From positions 20,770,001 to 20,834,000 of the forward strand of contig NC_086106.1 in the NCBI RefSeq assembly GCF_963921235.1: 64,000 nt of DNA, in the 5' to 3' direction. Source of the stretch: Mobula hypostoma (Eukaryota). This document shows, one piece after another, positions 37,470-51,899 of this stretch. The notes under the pieces are model-generated. The model saw only the letters and a list, made by a program, of their open reading frames with translations. It was not told the origin of the DNA and made no database searches. Each line of letters opens with the position of its first letter. The stretch's first letter is position 1. A program made the translations under genes and the position numbers.

Positions 37470-40400
37470 TTGTAAGGTTTCACTGCTAAAATAATGGTCT
37501 GTCTATAATATTTCCCTGCTAAGTCTGAAGTAATGGATTTTCTGTTTGAGTTATGACTAGAAATAACGTGGCTTGCTAGCCAATGAGCGGGGTGTCTTTC
37601 TTTCTTGAATGTCTGGGAGAGGGAATTCGCGGTCTTTTGCCGGGGAGCAATGAAGAGAGAGGACGCGAATGGAGAAAGTTGGTAGACAGCCGGACGGAGT
37701 GGACAGAGGAGCGAGGGTCCGAGGGACTGCTACGTTCGGAGGATGACCAAGGTAACAAATGGAGAACTTTCTGAGCTCCAACGTTTGCGCAATAGACAGT
37801 TTCATGTGAATGGATCGTTTTCATTTTCTTTGTTTCTTTACTTATCATATAATCAAAATAAGAATTATAAAGCAAAATTGTTTAATCGCACATTATGTAT
37901 TGCTTTTATTTCATGGAAATCATTTATATCAGGGGTCACATCGCACAGCATCCAGCCAAACGAGGTTACTTAAGTTTGGCCAGGCCGGGGACTGTCATCC
38001 CAAAGATTAAGACGTTAGCCGAACCGAGCGTTCCAACTGTGGGGGCGACTTTCGGTATTGATTCTGTTGGATGCTGTGTGATTACCCCGAGCATTGAGCC
38101 AGTGGGGTAGAAATTCGTAATCCGGATGAATTGTTAAGTACTGTTAACGTTGCGATGATCAGCAGAGGATTGATAAAATGGCTGGCGCACTCTTGCTTTA
38201 ATGCGGACCAGCGCTGACCTAGCGGTAGCTGAGGGCGCAGATTTCAAAGACCGGGTTCTATCTTTTCTGACGAGTGAAGGGAGTGGTAGGAATTGCAATG
38301 TCTAATTTGTCCACGTCCCCCGGTGAAAAGTGAGAATTTGAGTTAGTATCCGCCCTTAACTCTCTGGTCAATAATTGGAAAAATGCCCCAGGTTCAAAGT
38401 CCCAGCTATGGTAGTCTACGCCTCTTCTGTGGAATTCCGCCCACCCCTAAGGGAGAAGAGGAGTATGAGACTTGGGCAGAGCAGACCTCTCGGTTGTCAC
38501 ATGAGTGGCGTGCTCTGATGACGTAAAGTGACTGAGATTGGTTGACAGTTTGAATGGGCGGACCTCTGACGTTGTTAGAGCCGTCAGGTTACGGAATCCC
38601 GTAACGACGACTGTCAATGACATGCAAGCGCTGGACTATGGTTTTGGCCCGACAGGAAGCCCAATGGAGCTCATGTTGGGATTTCAGCACACGCGTCAGG
38701 AGAAGGGGGAGAAGCATTATGCTTTTATTTTTCGGCTAGAGAGGCAGCTAAAGTTCTTGAGGCGCAGAGGGCTCATTTAGACTGCTGAGGTGGATCAGTT
38801 AAGAATGAAACAAATAGCTCAGGGCGCCCAGTCCCAAGAGCTGATTGCTCCGGGTCTCTGGCTGTCTTGTAAGATGCTCCCTCCTTCATCCTTTGTTGAG
38901 CTGATCAGAGAGGTACGGGAAGAGGAGAACCCATCGAAGGTGCGGGAAGGCTCCGTCAGCAGGGTACAGTCCTTGGTAACAGTCTCCTACCGTGAAGTGA
39001 CCACACATAGCCTACTCCGGGGAGCGGTAGAGGACATTGTGGCAGGGTTAATAACGGAGACTTCTCGGCTGTTATCATCGGGTGTGACCCCACCCCCATA
39101 TGATGGAGGTGATGGGGGGTGGCGGATCCTCTAAGGGAAAGGACAATACGGAGGGCTGCTGGCCGCAGATGTCACGCCAGAAAGAGAGTGCACCCCGGGC
39201 ACCTAAGCAGAGAGAGTCTTTGGGACAACTTAGAGGAAAGCAAGTGAGGAAACTGTCTTGTGTCTCTGGGGGAACACTTTCCCAGCAATTTACCAAAAAA
39301 CCCGGAAAGCAAAAGGTCCAATTCCTGCTGAAGGCTTAGTGCGACCATGCTCCAGTGTGTCCCGACGGATAGAGGGGATTTGTGCTAAAGCTATTTTCGA
39401 ATCGCAGGTCACGTTGTTGTACCATTCGCTTTACAACCGGCACTGGAGATCTGGGTGCTCAGTGCTCGTGATTATCCGTACGACAGTTATTTATCAGTGA
39501 AGTTGGAGTTCCCGTAGGCCGATGTGGGAGTGTCTGAGGTCCTTCATACATTAGTGTTGGTTTGTCCGGACCCTGTTGAGAAAGGCGGCGTTCCAAATCT
39601 GGTGGAGACCAACGCGTGTGAGAAGCCTATGGGGTCTGCAAGGAGAAGGCTGATGACAGCTTTTTGGGAACATTGCCGCGCACCCGATGCTTGAAGCTGC
39701 TTTTGAGGAAGTGCATGTCTGCATTAGGCCGGATCGCGAATTTAGACGAGGGACTGTGTGGTTCACCCAGTGGAAGCCGATGGTGGTAGTGCTCGGGGAA
39801 GTAGCGAGAGTGATGGCGCCCCCAAATTTCCGGGAGGGCCTGAGGGCGCGGCCCTCTTAAAGAATGCTCCTGGAAGACCAGGAGGGGGAGTCGAGGTTCC
39901 TGCTGGGCTACTGGTGAGACCCGAAATGAAGAAGCCTTCGGTTGTACAGGCAAGCAGGATGGCAGTGATTGTCATGAACACTACGAAGAGGGACGTTACC
40001 TTCAAGAAGGGAATGCCCCTGGCGCATTTGCTCCCGTAGTAATGTCTAGTGTCTCCGTGAGACAAGCCGGGGAGCAGCTATTGGAAAAAGCGGAAAAGTT
40101 GAGTCATTCAACTTCGGTGTCTCCCTGGTTTCCGCGGGTTAAAAGAGGGGGTTGGTGGAGAGCATGTTGAAGCAGGAAGGTTTCTTTTCCACTAACGAGT
40201 TTGATGTGGGTCATTTGTCCGGGCGACCGATCATGCCACAATCAAAGAAAGGACGCGGCGACTGCACCCTGCAGAGGTGTAGAACGTTCGGCAGCATTTG
40301 TGTAAGTTGAAGGAAGCTGGGATCTTCACCCAGTCCTGAAGCCCCTATGCGTCCCCAATAATAGTGGCCAGAAAAGAAGAATGAGAAGGTACGGATGTGT

Positions 40401-42600
40401 GTGGTCTATAAAACTCTGAACAGCCATATCTTCCTGAACAGTATACTGACCTGAGGATTGAAGACACGCTGGACTGCCTGAGTGCTGCGAAGTGGTTCAA
40501 TGTGCTGGACTTAAGGAGTGAATATTGTCAGATCCGTATGAGTGAGGCCGACAAAGATAACACGGAATATATGTATGTCCTCTGGGATTTTTGCAGTTGG
40601 AAATGCTGCCAAGGGCATCTGGAGAGCTCTTGCAACCTTCCGGCGGGTCACGGAGAAGACAGTGGGCCATAGGAACTTGCTTGAGGAATTGGTATATCTG
40701 TGTGACCGCGCAGTGTTTGGATGCACCTTGGAAGAACATGAATCGTGGCTGCAGAAGGTGCTGGCTCGCTTGAAAGTTGAAGGGTTAAAGCATTCCATGG
40801 GCAAGTGCCAGTTTTGCCAAACGTCTGTTAGCTATGTTGGGTACATAGTTTCACGGATTGTAGTAGCTACCGATCCAGCTCAGATAGAGGCAGTTACCAC
40901 TTGGCCAGGACCTCACACTGTGAACGCTTTGCGCTCGGTCCTCGGGTTCTGTGGTTGCCATCGGAGAATGTAAAAGGATACGCGAAAGTGAGTTACCCGT
41001 TGAATCGTGTTCTGTGTAGTTACCCCCGCTTGGGGAGGAAATAAAGGAGGAAGAAAGGACAGAGGGGTGCAGAGAATCTGATCCCGTCGGAGCCCTTTGG
41101 AACGATGTGGGATGCCAAATGTGAGGAGGCCTTTCAGTCGCCGATGCTGGCTTTTGCGGACCACCGATTGCCGTATGCACTGCATGCGCATTTCAGCCGA
41201 GAGGGTTTATATGGCTTCCTGTATCAAAGTGAGGGCACCTGGTTGAGACTTGTTGCGTTTGTCAGCCAGAGTCTGTCGCACTCCAAGAAAAAAAAACACG
41301 TACAAGTTTAAATATCTGGCTTTAAAATGGGCGGTGCTGGATATGCTGAATGACTACCTTTACGGGGTTAAGTTTGAGGTGAGAACGAATAACAGCCCCC
41401 TAACTTATATCTGACACTGGCGAAACTGGATGCCACACGCTATCGATGATGGGAGGCGTTGTCGGTCTATGATTTCACCTGAAGTACCAGCCTGGAAGCA
41501 GGAACATTGATGCTGATATTCTGTCCCTACAGGCGCATGAGGGATTGGTCAGGGTTGAGCAATGGAAGAGCGTTCCAGCCCCAGGTTTGAGGACCATGTG
41601 TCAGTGAAGGCAGATGGAATGGAGCGGCAGGATCGAACGGTGGGAGCTTCGGATGACGCCATTCCCCAAATTAACTGTAACCTGATTACTTTGAAGGCAA
41701 ATGAGCAGCCGGAATTTAGTTTTGGGTATCGGGCATGCTTAGCGAGGTGATCCGGGCATGGATACCATTTGGATAGCGGTCGAAAAGGGAGACATGTCTC
41801 AGCAGGGGAAGAGGAAACTTACGTCGGTGCTTCCATTATTGCGAGAAAGGCTCAGGCTGTAGTTGAATAACCAGATTTTATACAGGGTCACGTCACCCGC
41901 AGACAGAACTCGCCGTTGCCAGCTGGTTCTGCACGAGAAATATCGGAGGATTGCGTTGAAGGAATGCGAGGCGAGGCTATTTTGGGACTGACGAGGGTGA
42001 CTTACCCCCGAAGACTTATCTGAAGTAGATGCCTGATATGGGAACAGAGCTGCAAAGGGCTTATGAATTAGCTGGGGTCGCGGCTGCCAAGGAGAATCAA
42101 GGAAGTAAGAGGAGGTACGATCAAAAGATGAGGTTCCTCCAACTCCGGCCGGGAGACGGAGTCCTCACAAGGAATCTGGGGCTACCTGGAAAGCATAAGT
42201 TGAAGTTGGCTGACCGTTGGACGGCTACGCCTTAGGTGGTGGAGAGTCATATGCCACAACTACCAGTTTTCCAGGGGAAACTAAAGGATGGGAATCGGCC
42301 TGTCAGAATTCTCCATCGGAACCACCTGCTGCCACTGGGACAAGAGGTGTAGATAGACCCAGGTCCGACTTAGAGCCTACACCTAGTAATAGGACACAAC
42401 GGAAACGCGGCTCGACTGCAGCGCCCACAGCAGGCGCGGTTAGGCCGGCTCCCACCCCTGAGAGGGATACTGATTCTGAAGACGAAGACCAGTAATTGTT
42501 GTATATGCCGCCTTTCGCTGACACCTCATTGATTGGGGAAGTGTCTCCCAGCCCTTCTCCCGCTATTGTCACATGCAGCTGACAAGCCATTGGCTATCAT
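37470..42600 (+). mobile_element. Degraded Ty3/Gypsy retrotransposon with PNMA-type gag
   Basis: Gag-like fragments 38400-39130 (PPTPKGEEEYETWAEQ; DVVRAVR; FVELIREVREEE); RT/RNase H fragments 40300-41500 (FGCTLEEHESWLQKVLARL, LRSVLGFCG). Many stops and frameshifts. Confidence 0.85.
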
Positions 42601-43139
42601 GTTTCCCCATCGCTGGCCGATATTACATATAAGCATAGCAGATGATTGATGGTGTTAGTATGTCCTCTAAGTTAGTAGCTTTTGTCCGTAGATCCTATGG
42701 ATATTTGTAGAACAAACGCAAACTTTTCAACAATTGATACCCCCTGGGACCTATTCTCTGCACAATATCATCAATCCTCTCAACTCACTTCCCAGGACTG
42801 ATCACTATTATGTGAGAGTGACCAGTTAGGCTTCAAACCTGCACTTCTTTGGGTATAGCGAGGATCGCGCAGAAAGAAGACGTAGCCCGTTTCCACGTGC
42901 GCTTAAGGCGGAGAAGAAATTGCTCAGCAACCGGCATTTCCACGCCAAAATCTTGTTTAGAGAAGGGTGATGGCTGCAATCCCTTTTGTCATTCACAAGC
43001 AGACTGACAAGAAACTGACCAATGGAAGTTATTACCGGCAGCCTCTGCTCAAATCATTTGGAAGCTGAAGGGTGTGAAGTTCTACGAGACAAGGCAGTGC
43101 AAGGTATCTCCAGCTCCTGATTCACTCTGTCAGTCTGGC

Positions 43140-43600
43140 AGATAGATTGGGAGTTGGAATCTTACAGCTGGCTGGCAGTGACAGCCAAATGAGAATAGAA
43201 AGTCATCCAAAAGTCGCACGTGAACAGCATTCCCCGATAAGGCACAATGTCGCGAGGGAAGCCGTGGAGCTTGAAAATGAGCTGAATCACGAGTATGGTA
43301 GTCTCATGAGCTGTAGGGATCTTAGGAAGATTAATGACGTGTGCTGCTCTAGAGATCTGGTCCACAGCTATCATAATGGTACTATTTCCATCTGGCGGAG
43401 GCAGACCCGCGATAAAATCTACCGAGACGTGACGCAAGGGGCGGTGACGAGCAGTCTTTTGCTAGGCACAAGTGTGACAGTCAGGGGCAAAGTCATGAAA
43501 ATCATGGGTTATAGGCAGCCACCTATCAGGTCTACTCCCGCTGACACCGCACAACATCCAATGCAGGCAACTCCAGTCTCCACGGTACTAATAGGATTCA
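43140..43600 (-). mobile_element. Gypsy integrase fragment
   Basis: Minus ORF 43162-43437 HVSVDFIAGLPP...LHGFPRDIV matches the retroviral-type integrase core. Confidence 0.8.
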
Positions 43601-46494
43601 CCTGATGCTCGTTGCAATTTACTCACCTTCAGCCAAATTAACCCCAGTTTTCCCCCACTATCCTTGTACTATTATGGAACCAGCCGGACTCAAACAATTG
43701 CTCCTCGCTTTACTTCTCCCATTCTAAAGTTCACTTTGTTGACTATTTAGTTTCGTTTCGTTTCTAGTATTTTGTGTCCCCACTTGGTATGTTATTTTCC
43801 CGTTTATTATTAAAATTAACGATTATTGATAAATAGTTTCAGGTGCCCTGCTTTGGATCAGGCCTTCTTTATATTTCCTGATAGGATCTGTGAAGCATCG
43901 ATTCATCCAGCAGAGTATGTTCACCTAACGCACGTCGTCTGCCGACATGAGCCCACGGTCCAGAAGCAGCAGGAAGGCTCTGGCCATCTGCCTGCCTCCC
44001 TCATCATGCTCTCCGTTTCTGTGCAGTAACTCCGCGCCAGTCTTACCTCCTCCACCTGAGATCTGGATCCCCCTGTTTGAACGCTTCGATGGATTTCCAC
44101 CCCAATGCTGCAACTTATTGTACGAGTTTGTCTTACACTTCGAGCACCTGCCGCTCGGTATTGCATGCACCGGGCCACGGTCGCTTTCGTCATCTCTATC
44201 TTGACTGGACGAGCATTGATGTGGGCCTCCGCAAAAGGGGAACACAAAGTTACCATTTGCGATGGAGGGACGAATTATCTACCCGCCAGTTGCCCTTCGA
44301 ACTGCAAGTTTCATCACTCTTGCTCACTGAATTTTCAAGCGTCTTATGGAAAGCCCACCACATCAGCAGCCATACCCTCCATTTCTTACCCGGAGGCATT
44401 TTAGGTTTTAGGACCATCACGCTAACACCTCTGGAACTCAGGTAGTTGGGAGAGCTTCCATCATGATGAAAGAGTCAGTGAAAACGGGCGGTAATGCAAT
44501 CAGTGAGGTGCGCGACATTACCTCCTGCGTCGGCTTGCTACCGGGTTGTCTCTTAGAATATTCAGATTCATTAGGTTATCCAAGCTGTTCCGTTCACGAC
44601 GCACTACGATATCATGTCGGACCCCTGTGCTTAGTCCACACCGGAATGCATTGATGAGAGATCTCTCGTTTCACCCGTTCTCAACTGCAACAGTGCAGAA
44701 AATTAATTTGTGGTCCCTCGCCCTTGACGCAGGTCGAGAGCTGGTGTCAACCTCCTCCGTAACGGAAAGTCAAACAGTGTCTTGAACTCGACTCCAAATT
44801 ACCGTTAATACTGGGTTGTGTGATAATCTTGTTTTCGTCCAGCTCGACAGTCTGATTTGGGTATTTGCTACATAAACATATAAACATATAGCAATTACAG
44901 CACGGAAACAGGCCATCTACTAAGAGATTTATCATGTAAGTAAGTCGCCGAGCATTATTATTGAACCGACCTGGCTTGTTACATTGGATAGGCAGCTAAT
45001 ACTGGCTAATAAAGCTTCTGCTGCCTTCGGGATCACCGCACTATCTGCTGGTGAAGGAATGTTCGGTTCAGGTACAGAAGCAGCTAGGAAAGCAGTGCAT
45101 TTGTGCCTGAGGCTGCTGAGACTGCAATAAGAGAGGGGATGGGTGTTCAAGTACTGAAATTGGGACCATCCTGCATGACAGCTGCTGAATAGCCGTAGTG
45201 AGAGACAGCTTGAACTGGGTTTACTGCTTTCAGATTTGTTGTCCCACTGGAGAAGACTTTACTGCCAACCCATCCTCCACTGATTTTAACTTCTCTCAAA
45301 CTTGACCAAGGAATTTCAAGGGCGATTGACTCTTTTTCTCTCACTGCTGGGTCCAATTTGTGGTCATGTCAATGTGTGGTTAATTTGAGTGACACTGACA
45401 TACAATGAGCAATTCTCTGAGTATTGTTCGGAATTGTACAAAACTAGGGAGATACAGTAATAAACGCTTAGCCAATAGGGCCTGTAACTAAAAACTCTCG
45501 AACTAACGAAAATCCGCTGCCATCGGTGCGGCTCGAAAGCAGAAACTTAGCGCTAAATTAATAACGCTACTTAAGCAATACCTTTCTAAATCCCTAATCC
45601 CCTTTCCCGAAGCAAGGACAAAGGTAAGCGGAGAGTGTTGTCATCGCTCTGCTTTGATCATGACTGAATATGACCTCATCAGAAGGAAATTAGATAAATA
45701 CAATTGCAAATACTTACTAATTGGTTGGATTCTCTGCATTCTCTTGTGCAGTCTTCTTTTAGCTCTTCAACAGCGAGGAAACCAAGTTAGTTGTAGTTGC
45801 AAAAAGATGGATAGGAAGTTGCAAAAAGATGGATAGGAATGGATGAGACAAAAAGAAGAATTTTCATATGGCGAGGTTAATTGTACTAATTGCAGTTGTC
45901 CTCCTTCGTAAAGTAGTATGCTGGGAATCTCCTACTCCTCAGTAGTTCGCAATTCTCTTGCGTTTCTTTATGTTTCTTGTCCTGTCCCAATTTTACCTTT
46001 CTTTGTACGTGTGCACTTATGCGAACTGTCCTCACTGATCTATCAACCGGGTGACTTAATTTACATATTCTCTCCATGCGAACTCTTATCTCACCCCATT
46101 ATAGGAGGATGTTCAGTGCCCTGATCAGTGCGTTCCACTCTCTCTGAAACTTAATATGACTTTCTCTCTGACCTTCCCCGTCCTAGCAACGTTTCTCGAA
46201 ATCGTACTTCACCACTTGTTCTACTCTTTTCGTGTGATATGATTGGCATTTTCGCTATTTTTGTTCTTGTTTCCATTACTGAAGAACATTCATTCGCTGC
46301 ATCACTCAACGCTCACCCGTACACTTAAACCAACAAAGGGCTGTAACTTGCATGCTCGGCAGTAGTCTACTGAAATGCAATCTATGGGTAGATGCAGCAA
46401 GAAAGCAGACCCTTCGACACATCGAGTCTGCATCGACCATTACTAACCATTGACCGTCATCTTTCATAAATTCCATATGCTGTTCTCTCCGTAA

Positions 46495-46766
46495 CACTGT
46501 CCAACAGCACAACGCAGATCGTAGCACTCACGCACAAAATATGGTGAACTGACAGTGGCCAAACAATTTATCAACCATCTCGTGTTTGTGATACGTGCGA
46601 AAACAGCAATCCACACTCTCCATTCCACAGAGAAAAACATCACTCGATTACTAGTAAATTTGGAAATAGGCAGATCAGTAACAGCTGATGTCAGGGTACA
46701 TTTGGATATCTGGATTTGTGACGTAGTGACGCTTGCAGGTGCTCTGGTATGCCCCATTCAATATTC
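46495..46766 (-). pseudogene. Possible decayed antigen-receptor V exon, class unresolved
   Basis: AG acceptor at 46767; APASVTTSQIQISKCTL; an out-of-frame ATT TAC TAG TAA TCG resembling IYWYR; ends AGT GCT ACG..CGT TGT GCT GTT G followed by GACAGTG; Cys-Cys distance 63 codons; a hydrophobic leader-like remnant (GTAILACWL) lies upstream. The nonamer is poor. Confidence 0.4.
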
Positions 46767-47108
46767 CTAAATCTTCGATGAAAAAAAAAATAACAGACCA
46801 TGGAATAAGCATATAACTCAGGCCAATACAGTTTCGAATCAGACTCTCAACCAACACGCCAAAATGGCTGTGCCGACTATGATGCATATTTAAACAATAC
46901 ACCTTCCTTCAAGTGTTCTGTGTTCCTCATTTCTCTTCCTGTTTATGTAAAATTCATTATGCAAGTATATACTGAAGGTCCACTTGAGGAATTGCTACTG
47001 ACGCATGAGAACATTTATCCGATGTACTTTAAAAGCAGAGAAATATTGTTCGTGCTGGTACTGAGTCCACACATTAGAAGCATAGAGAAACCTTGCGTTA
47101 TTGCTCTA

Positions 47109-48377
47109 TGTCATGGTGCGGTCATTGAAGTCCGTATTCCGGGTCACGGTCCGGTCCATCGACCCTTGCTCCAGGTTTTCCTATCTACTCTGTTTCTGTT
47201 CTTGTTGAGGTAATTGAGGCAGCTGATGCTAGTTGGGGCTGGCTGCATAAATACCTTCAGAGACCAGGACGTGGCCGCTGGATTGTTCTTGTCCTTACTC
47301 CTTGGATCCCTTCCTCTGCCTTCTGTTTCCTCGCCTGAAGCCTTGCCTTGTCTTGCCGGTAACTCTCGCCTCACCTGAAGTTCTCATCTCGTCTTGCAAT
47401 GCCTGAAGCCTTGCCTTGCCTTGCTGGTAATTCAGCCTCGTCTCGCCTGCAGTTTTGTCCTGGAGCCAATCTGTACCTAGTTCCGTTCTTGTCCCTTGCT
47501 TCCGCCCAGGAAAGCCAGGCCGTCTTGCCGTTACCTGCAGTTATTTCTGTCCTTTCCGGTCCCTTGCCTCTGTCGGGTGGTGATCGGCGCCGTGCCCAGG
47601 TGATCCCCGCCCTGCCCAGGAGTACCGCGCCGTGCCCAGGTGATCCCCGCCCTGCCCAGGAGTACCGCGCCCTGCCCAGGAGTACCGCGCCCTGCCCAGG
47701 TGAACAGCGCCCTGCCCAGGAGGAGCCTACCTAGCCTCACGCCTGAAGACTCCAGCCTCACGCCTAGCCTCAAGCCTGAAGACTCCAGCATCCTGCCTAG
47801 ACTCAAGCCTGAATACTCCAGCCTCCTGCCTCGCCTCTAGTCTGAAGACTCTAGCCTCCAGCCTCGCCTCTAGCCTGAAAACATCTTCCTCCTGCCCAGA
47901 CACGACTCTAGTCTCTAGCCTCCTGCCTGCTGCCAAGCCTGGCCTCAAGTCTCTAACCTCCTGCCAAGCCTCGCCTCAAGTCTTTAACCTCCTGTAAAGC
48001 CTCGCCTCAAGGCTCTTGCCTCCTGCCAAGCCTTGCCTCAAGTCTCCTGCCTCCTGCAAAACCTCGCCAAGTCTCTTGCCTCTTGCCAAGTCTCGCCTCA
48101 AGTCTCTAAGACTACAGTGTCGTCCTGCCTGCCAGCCAGGCCTCATCCTTACCTAGTTCTGGGGTCCAAGCCAGAGGCAACACCCAGGTACTGGGTCCTT
48201 GTCCAGTCTCTGGCTAGGAGTCCAAGTCCGGGCTCTTAGCTCTTTTGTCAGGTCCTGTTCCAGCTTCCTGGTTTTCCCGTCCATGTCCTTGCCATCGCCT
48301 TGTATCCTAGTCCTCTCCTTAGTACCTCATGTCTGTGTCTTGCACTTGGGTCCGTTCCCAGCCACCACCCTATGACA
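47109..48377 (+). mobile_element. Solo LTR of the element A family
   Basis: TGTCAT...ATGACA termini; flanks CTCTA/CTCTG (5-bp TSD with one mismatch); shares start, end and internal arrays with 17711-19844. Confidence 0.85.
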
Positions 48378-51300
48378 CTCTGGTAGCGACCTCGCCCGTG
48401 CAAGTGTTTGCCGTTCCCACACATCATCATCATTTTAACTAGAAACCATAAAACCACTGTGGAAACGAATTGTCCTCAATACCCAAGAGCTGACTAAGAG
48501 AAAGGTCTAAAGTCGTGGACAACGAACATTTAAATTATACCTCCTATGGAAAAAACATACCGGGGGAAAGACCATGCCAAGTAGCTATGAACCGAACCAG
48601 GAGCCAATTAGAGAGGCTGTGTGTGTGCATCGTGTAGTGACACTCAGATACTCCAAACATATAGTTTTGTAATAATATAATTATAAATATGAATAACATA
48701 TCATATCATATCGCATAAATATGAATAACAATATAATGATATTTTATTCCTGTTATTGCTGCTTATTTTTGCTTCTGTACTGCTTAGCTTTACCTAACTA
48801 TTAAATGGAATATATATATTTGCAATAATTCATGTTTTTCACTATTTTTAAAATATATTTCATTATACTGCTGCTGTAAAATTCACACGTTTCATGACAT
48901 ATGCTGGTGGTATTAAACCCGATTCTGATTCTTTTTCTGAATGACTGCAGATGAATTATATTAGGTAATCTCCATACACAACAAGGTGCAATGAAATCCC
49001 GTCTTCGTGTAACGATGAAATTATAAACAATCCCCATGTTAATAATAAATCTTAAAAGCAATAATAAACGCTAACAACAACAAACTGCGCAAAATAGAAT
49101 TGTGCAACAATTGTAGTATAAAAGCGAGGTTGTGCAAAGATTGCAGGAGTACAATATAATAAGAGGACCCATATGGTATGATACGAATATTATATGATAA
49201 GGAAAAGTTAGCCAAGGAGCAGGTATTATTTCTGTAATAGTATGTTCTGTGTATGTATGTCTGTGAAACAAAGAATCGGAAATTAAAGCAAACACGATTT
49301 CTGTAAGTTTATTGACGACGGACGACAACGCTTCTGTAATCTGCAATCACGAAAACAAACGGGTTGACGTATGCAACAGGCAGTCCTTTTTTTATAATTC
49401 ATTGAAGGAATGCAGGCTTCGCAGGCTGAGCCCGTTTCAGTGTCTCTCACTAAGCACTTGGGTCATATTGGCGACTACTGGAGGATCTGTTGGTAGATTT
49501 CCCGACGAAAATCGTTCTAGGTGTTTGTGTCCCACTGAATTGTTGCCTTCTCGGATAAGAAGCCCTGCATAAACTATGAGATCCTAAATTTGCTGGGGTT
49601 TATATCAGAGGCATTCCAGTCTGGACGCCAAGAATCCTACCAGCCGTGCGGGTATGATCCCCGGAAAGCCATCTCACTGACGAAGTGGAGAATCCGGACT
49701 AAACTGGAATCAACGAGGAATGATCGACAAATTTGGCAGGAGTCGGTGGTTGTCTCCCACGTACCGGAAACTGGAAGGTCAAACAGAGTTTTGAACTCGA
49801 CTACACATTACAGGAAAAAATGGGGCTGTAGGAGAGCATTGTTTTGGTCGGGCGTTCAACGGAGTGATTTGGATTCTTTCTGAGACATTCACCATATAAG
49901 CCAGTCACCGTGCACGATTATTAAACCGACCTGGCTGCTCTCATTTCAAAGTCAGCTTAGACTGGCTAATAAAGTTTCTATAGCCTTTAGAATAAGAACA
50001 TAAGAACATAAGAAATAGGAGCAGGAGTAGGCCATCCGGCCCATCGAGCGTGCCCCGCCATTCAATAAGGTCATGGCTGATGTATCCGTAAATATAGCTC
50101 AATCTACCAGCCTTTTCCCACATAACCCTTAATTCCCCTGCTATGTAATAATCTGTCTAAATGTATCTTAAATATATTTAATGAAGAAACCTCAACTGCT
50201 CCCTGGACAGAGGATTCCACAGATTCACTACGCTCTGGGGGGAAAAAAAAAAACAGCTTCTCCTCATCTCCGTCCTAAATCTTCTCCCCTGACTCTCGAG
50301 GCAACGTCCCCTTTTTTTAGTCTCACCTGCTAATGGAAACAACTTCCCTACTTCTATCTTATCTATTCCTTTCAACATTTTGTATGTTTCTATAAGATCC
50401 CCTCTCATTCTTCTGAATTCCAGAGATTATAGTACCAGGCTACTCAATCTGTCCTCTTAGGTAGACCCCTTCATCTATGGAATCAACCTCGTGAACCTCC
50501 TTTACCCTGCCTCCAAAGGCAGTCTATCCTTCCTCAAGTATGGAGAGCAGAACTGCACACACTGCTGCAGTTGCGGCCTAACCAGTACCCTCTATAGTTG
50601 AAGCAGGCACTCGCTGCTCTTAGATTCAATCCTCTAGCAATGAGGGGCAACATTCCGTTTGCCTTCTTAATTCTCTGTTGTACATGGAAGCGAACCTTTT
50701 GCGATTCATGAACAAGCACTCCCAGTAGGGTTGGTAAGATGACTGATGTGTCAGTGCGGTAGCGCATTGGAACTAGTGACCACAGGTCTATTAGTTTTGT
50801 CAGAACTATGCAAAGTGACAGAACTGGCCCAGATTTTCAAGTTTTAAATTGTATTGAGTCGCATTCTGACGCTATGGGAAAGGCACTTGCAAAGATTCAT
50901 TGGAATAGTTTGGTTGCGTATTAACCAATTAGAAGGGCTATAAATTGAGAGAGTGAGAGATTAAGGTATTCATTTTCCTGAGTTACTGAAGTGCAAGTAA
51001 GGTAGGAGGAGGGTACCATGAATAATGAGGGATATTTTCGGCTCGCCTGGAAAAAAGAAGAAAGCATCGATCAAGTGGAGTCAGCTGTGTTCGAGTGATT
51101 AGCTGGAACAACATAGGGGACGCCGAAATCTACAGAAGTAGCAATCATCAGTGCAAAAATAATACAATAGATGGCCTTGGCAGAGGAGCTTAAGGAAATC
51201 TCAAATCAAATTTATGTCTATTGAAGGGGAAAGAAAAGAGTAACACGAGGGAGAATAGGGCTCCTCGAAGACCAAAGGAGGCATACTTATATGGAGATTC

Positions 51301-51899
51301 AGGGAATGTACATTGTCCTTTGTTAATTTCACCGCATAGAAAGACATGGCTTCAGAACTAGGAAATGTAAGGTGGAGTTCATGGTGACGGTCTCTATTTC
51401 AATAGAAGAGTATTCCTAGGTCTCAAAAGCTATGAAGGTCGTTATAGTCCGTGAACCAGTAGGGTTCTTCGGTACCATCTGAGGGAAATAATCCTCATAA
51501 TGATTTCTGGCAAGGTACTCAGCTCCAGAGTTAGAGAATATGTGATAATATTTCACCGGTGGTGGCTTTATTACTCTAAATAAGTAGTCGCTTTTACTAT
51601 ACATTCTATATTAACATCAGTACAGCAAATATGTTAACCACCCCCTCAAAAGGTAAAAAAAAACTCATTTGCAGTGATTTCTAGAGTTTTATCAATGTCA
51701 TGATATTTTCCACAATGTTGTATCATATCAAAACAATCTTAAGCTTTTGTCATAGCATATGGAATTACAGTACAATAATTCAAATGTGGAGTTCCACACG
51801 GCCATAACCTTAGGCCCCACTTGGTTGTAAAATGAATATATTTATTAAACACTGCTTCCCATACTTTTATTTCCATACTTTCTTAACCTATTCGTAATC

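Noticed and set aside
44730-44790. LTF..GGG J-like text
   Set aside because: Contains a stop, has no RSS, and the motif is not kept in the duplicate at 49740-49800.
45215-45280. KVFSSGTTNLKAVNP J-like text
   Set aside because: No FGxG, no RSS and a poor donor.
45440-45500. SVYYC on the minus strand
   Set aside because: No upstream V framework in frame and no RSS.
46245-46335. Possible D flanked by ACTTAAACC and ACAAAAATA nonamers downstream of the 46.5-kb V-like exon
   Set aside because: The spacer is off by one and both heptamers are unconvincing.
49900-49925. Second CACCGTG-CACGATT junction containing GTGCAC
   Set aside because: No nonamer on either side, and absent from the paralogous block at 44945.
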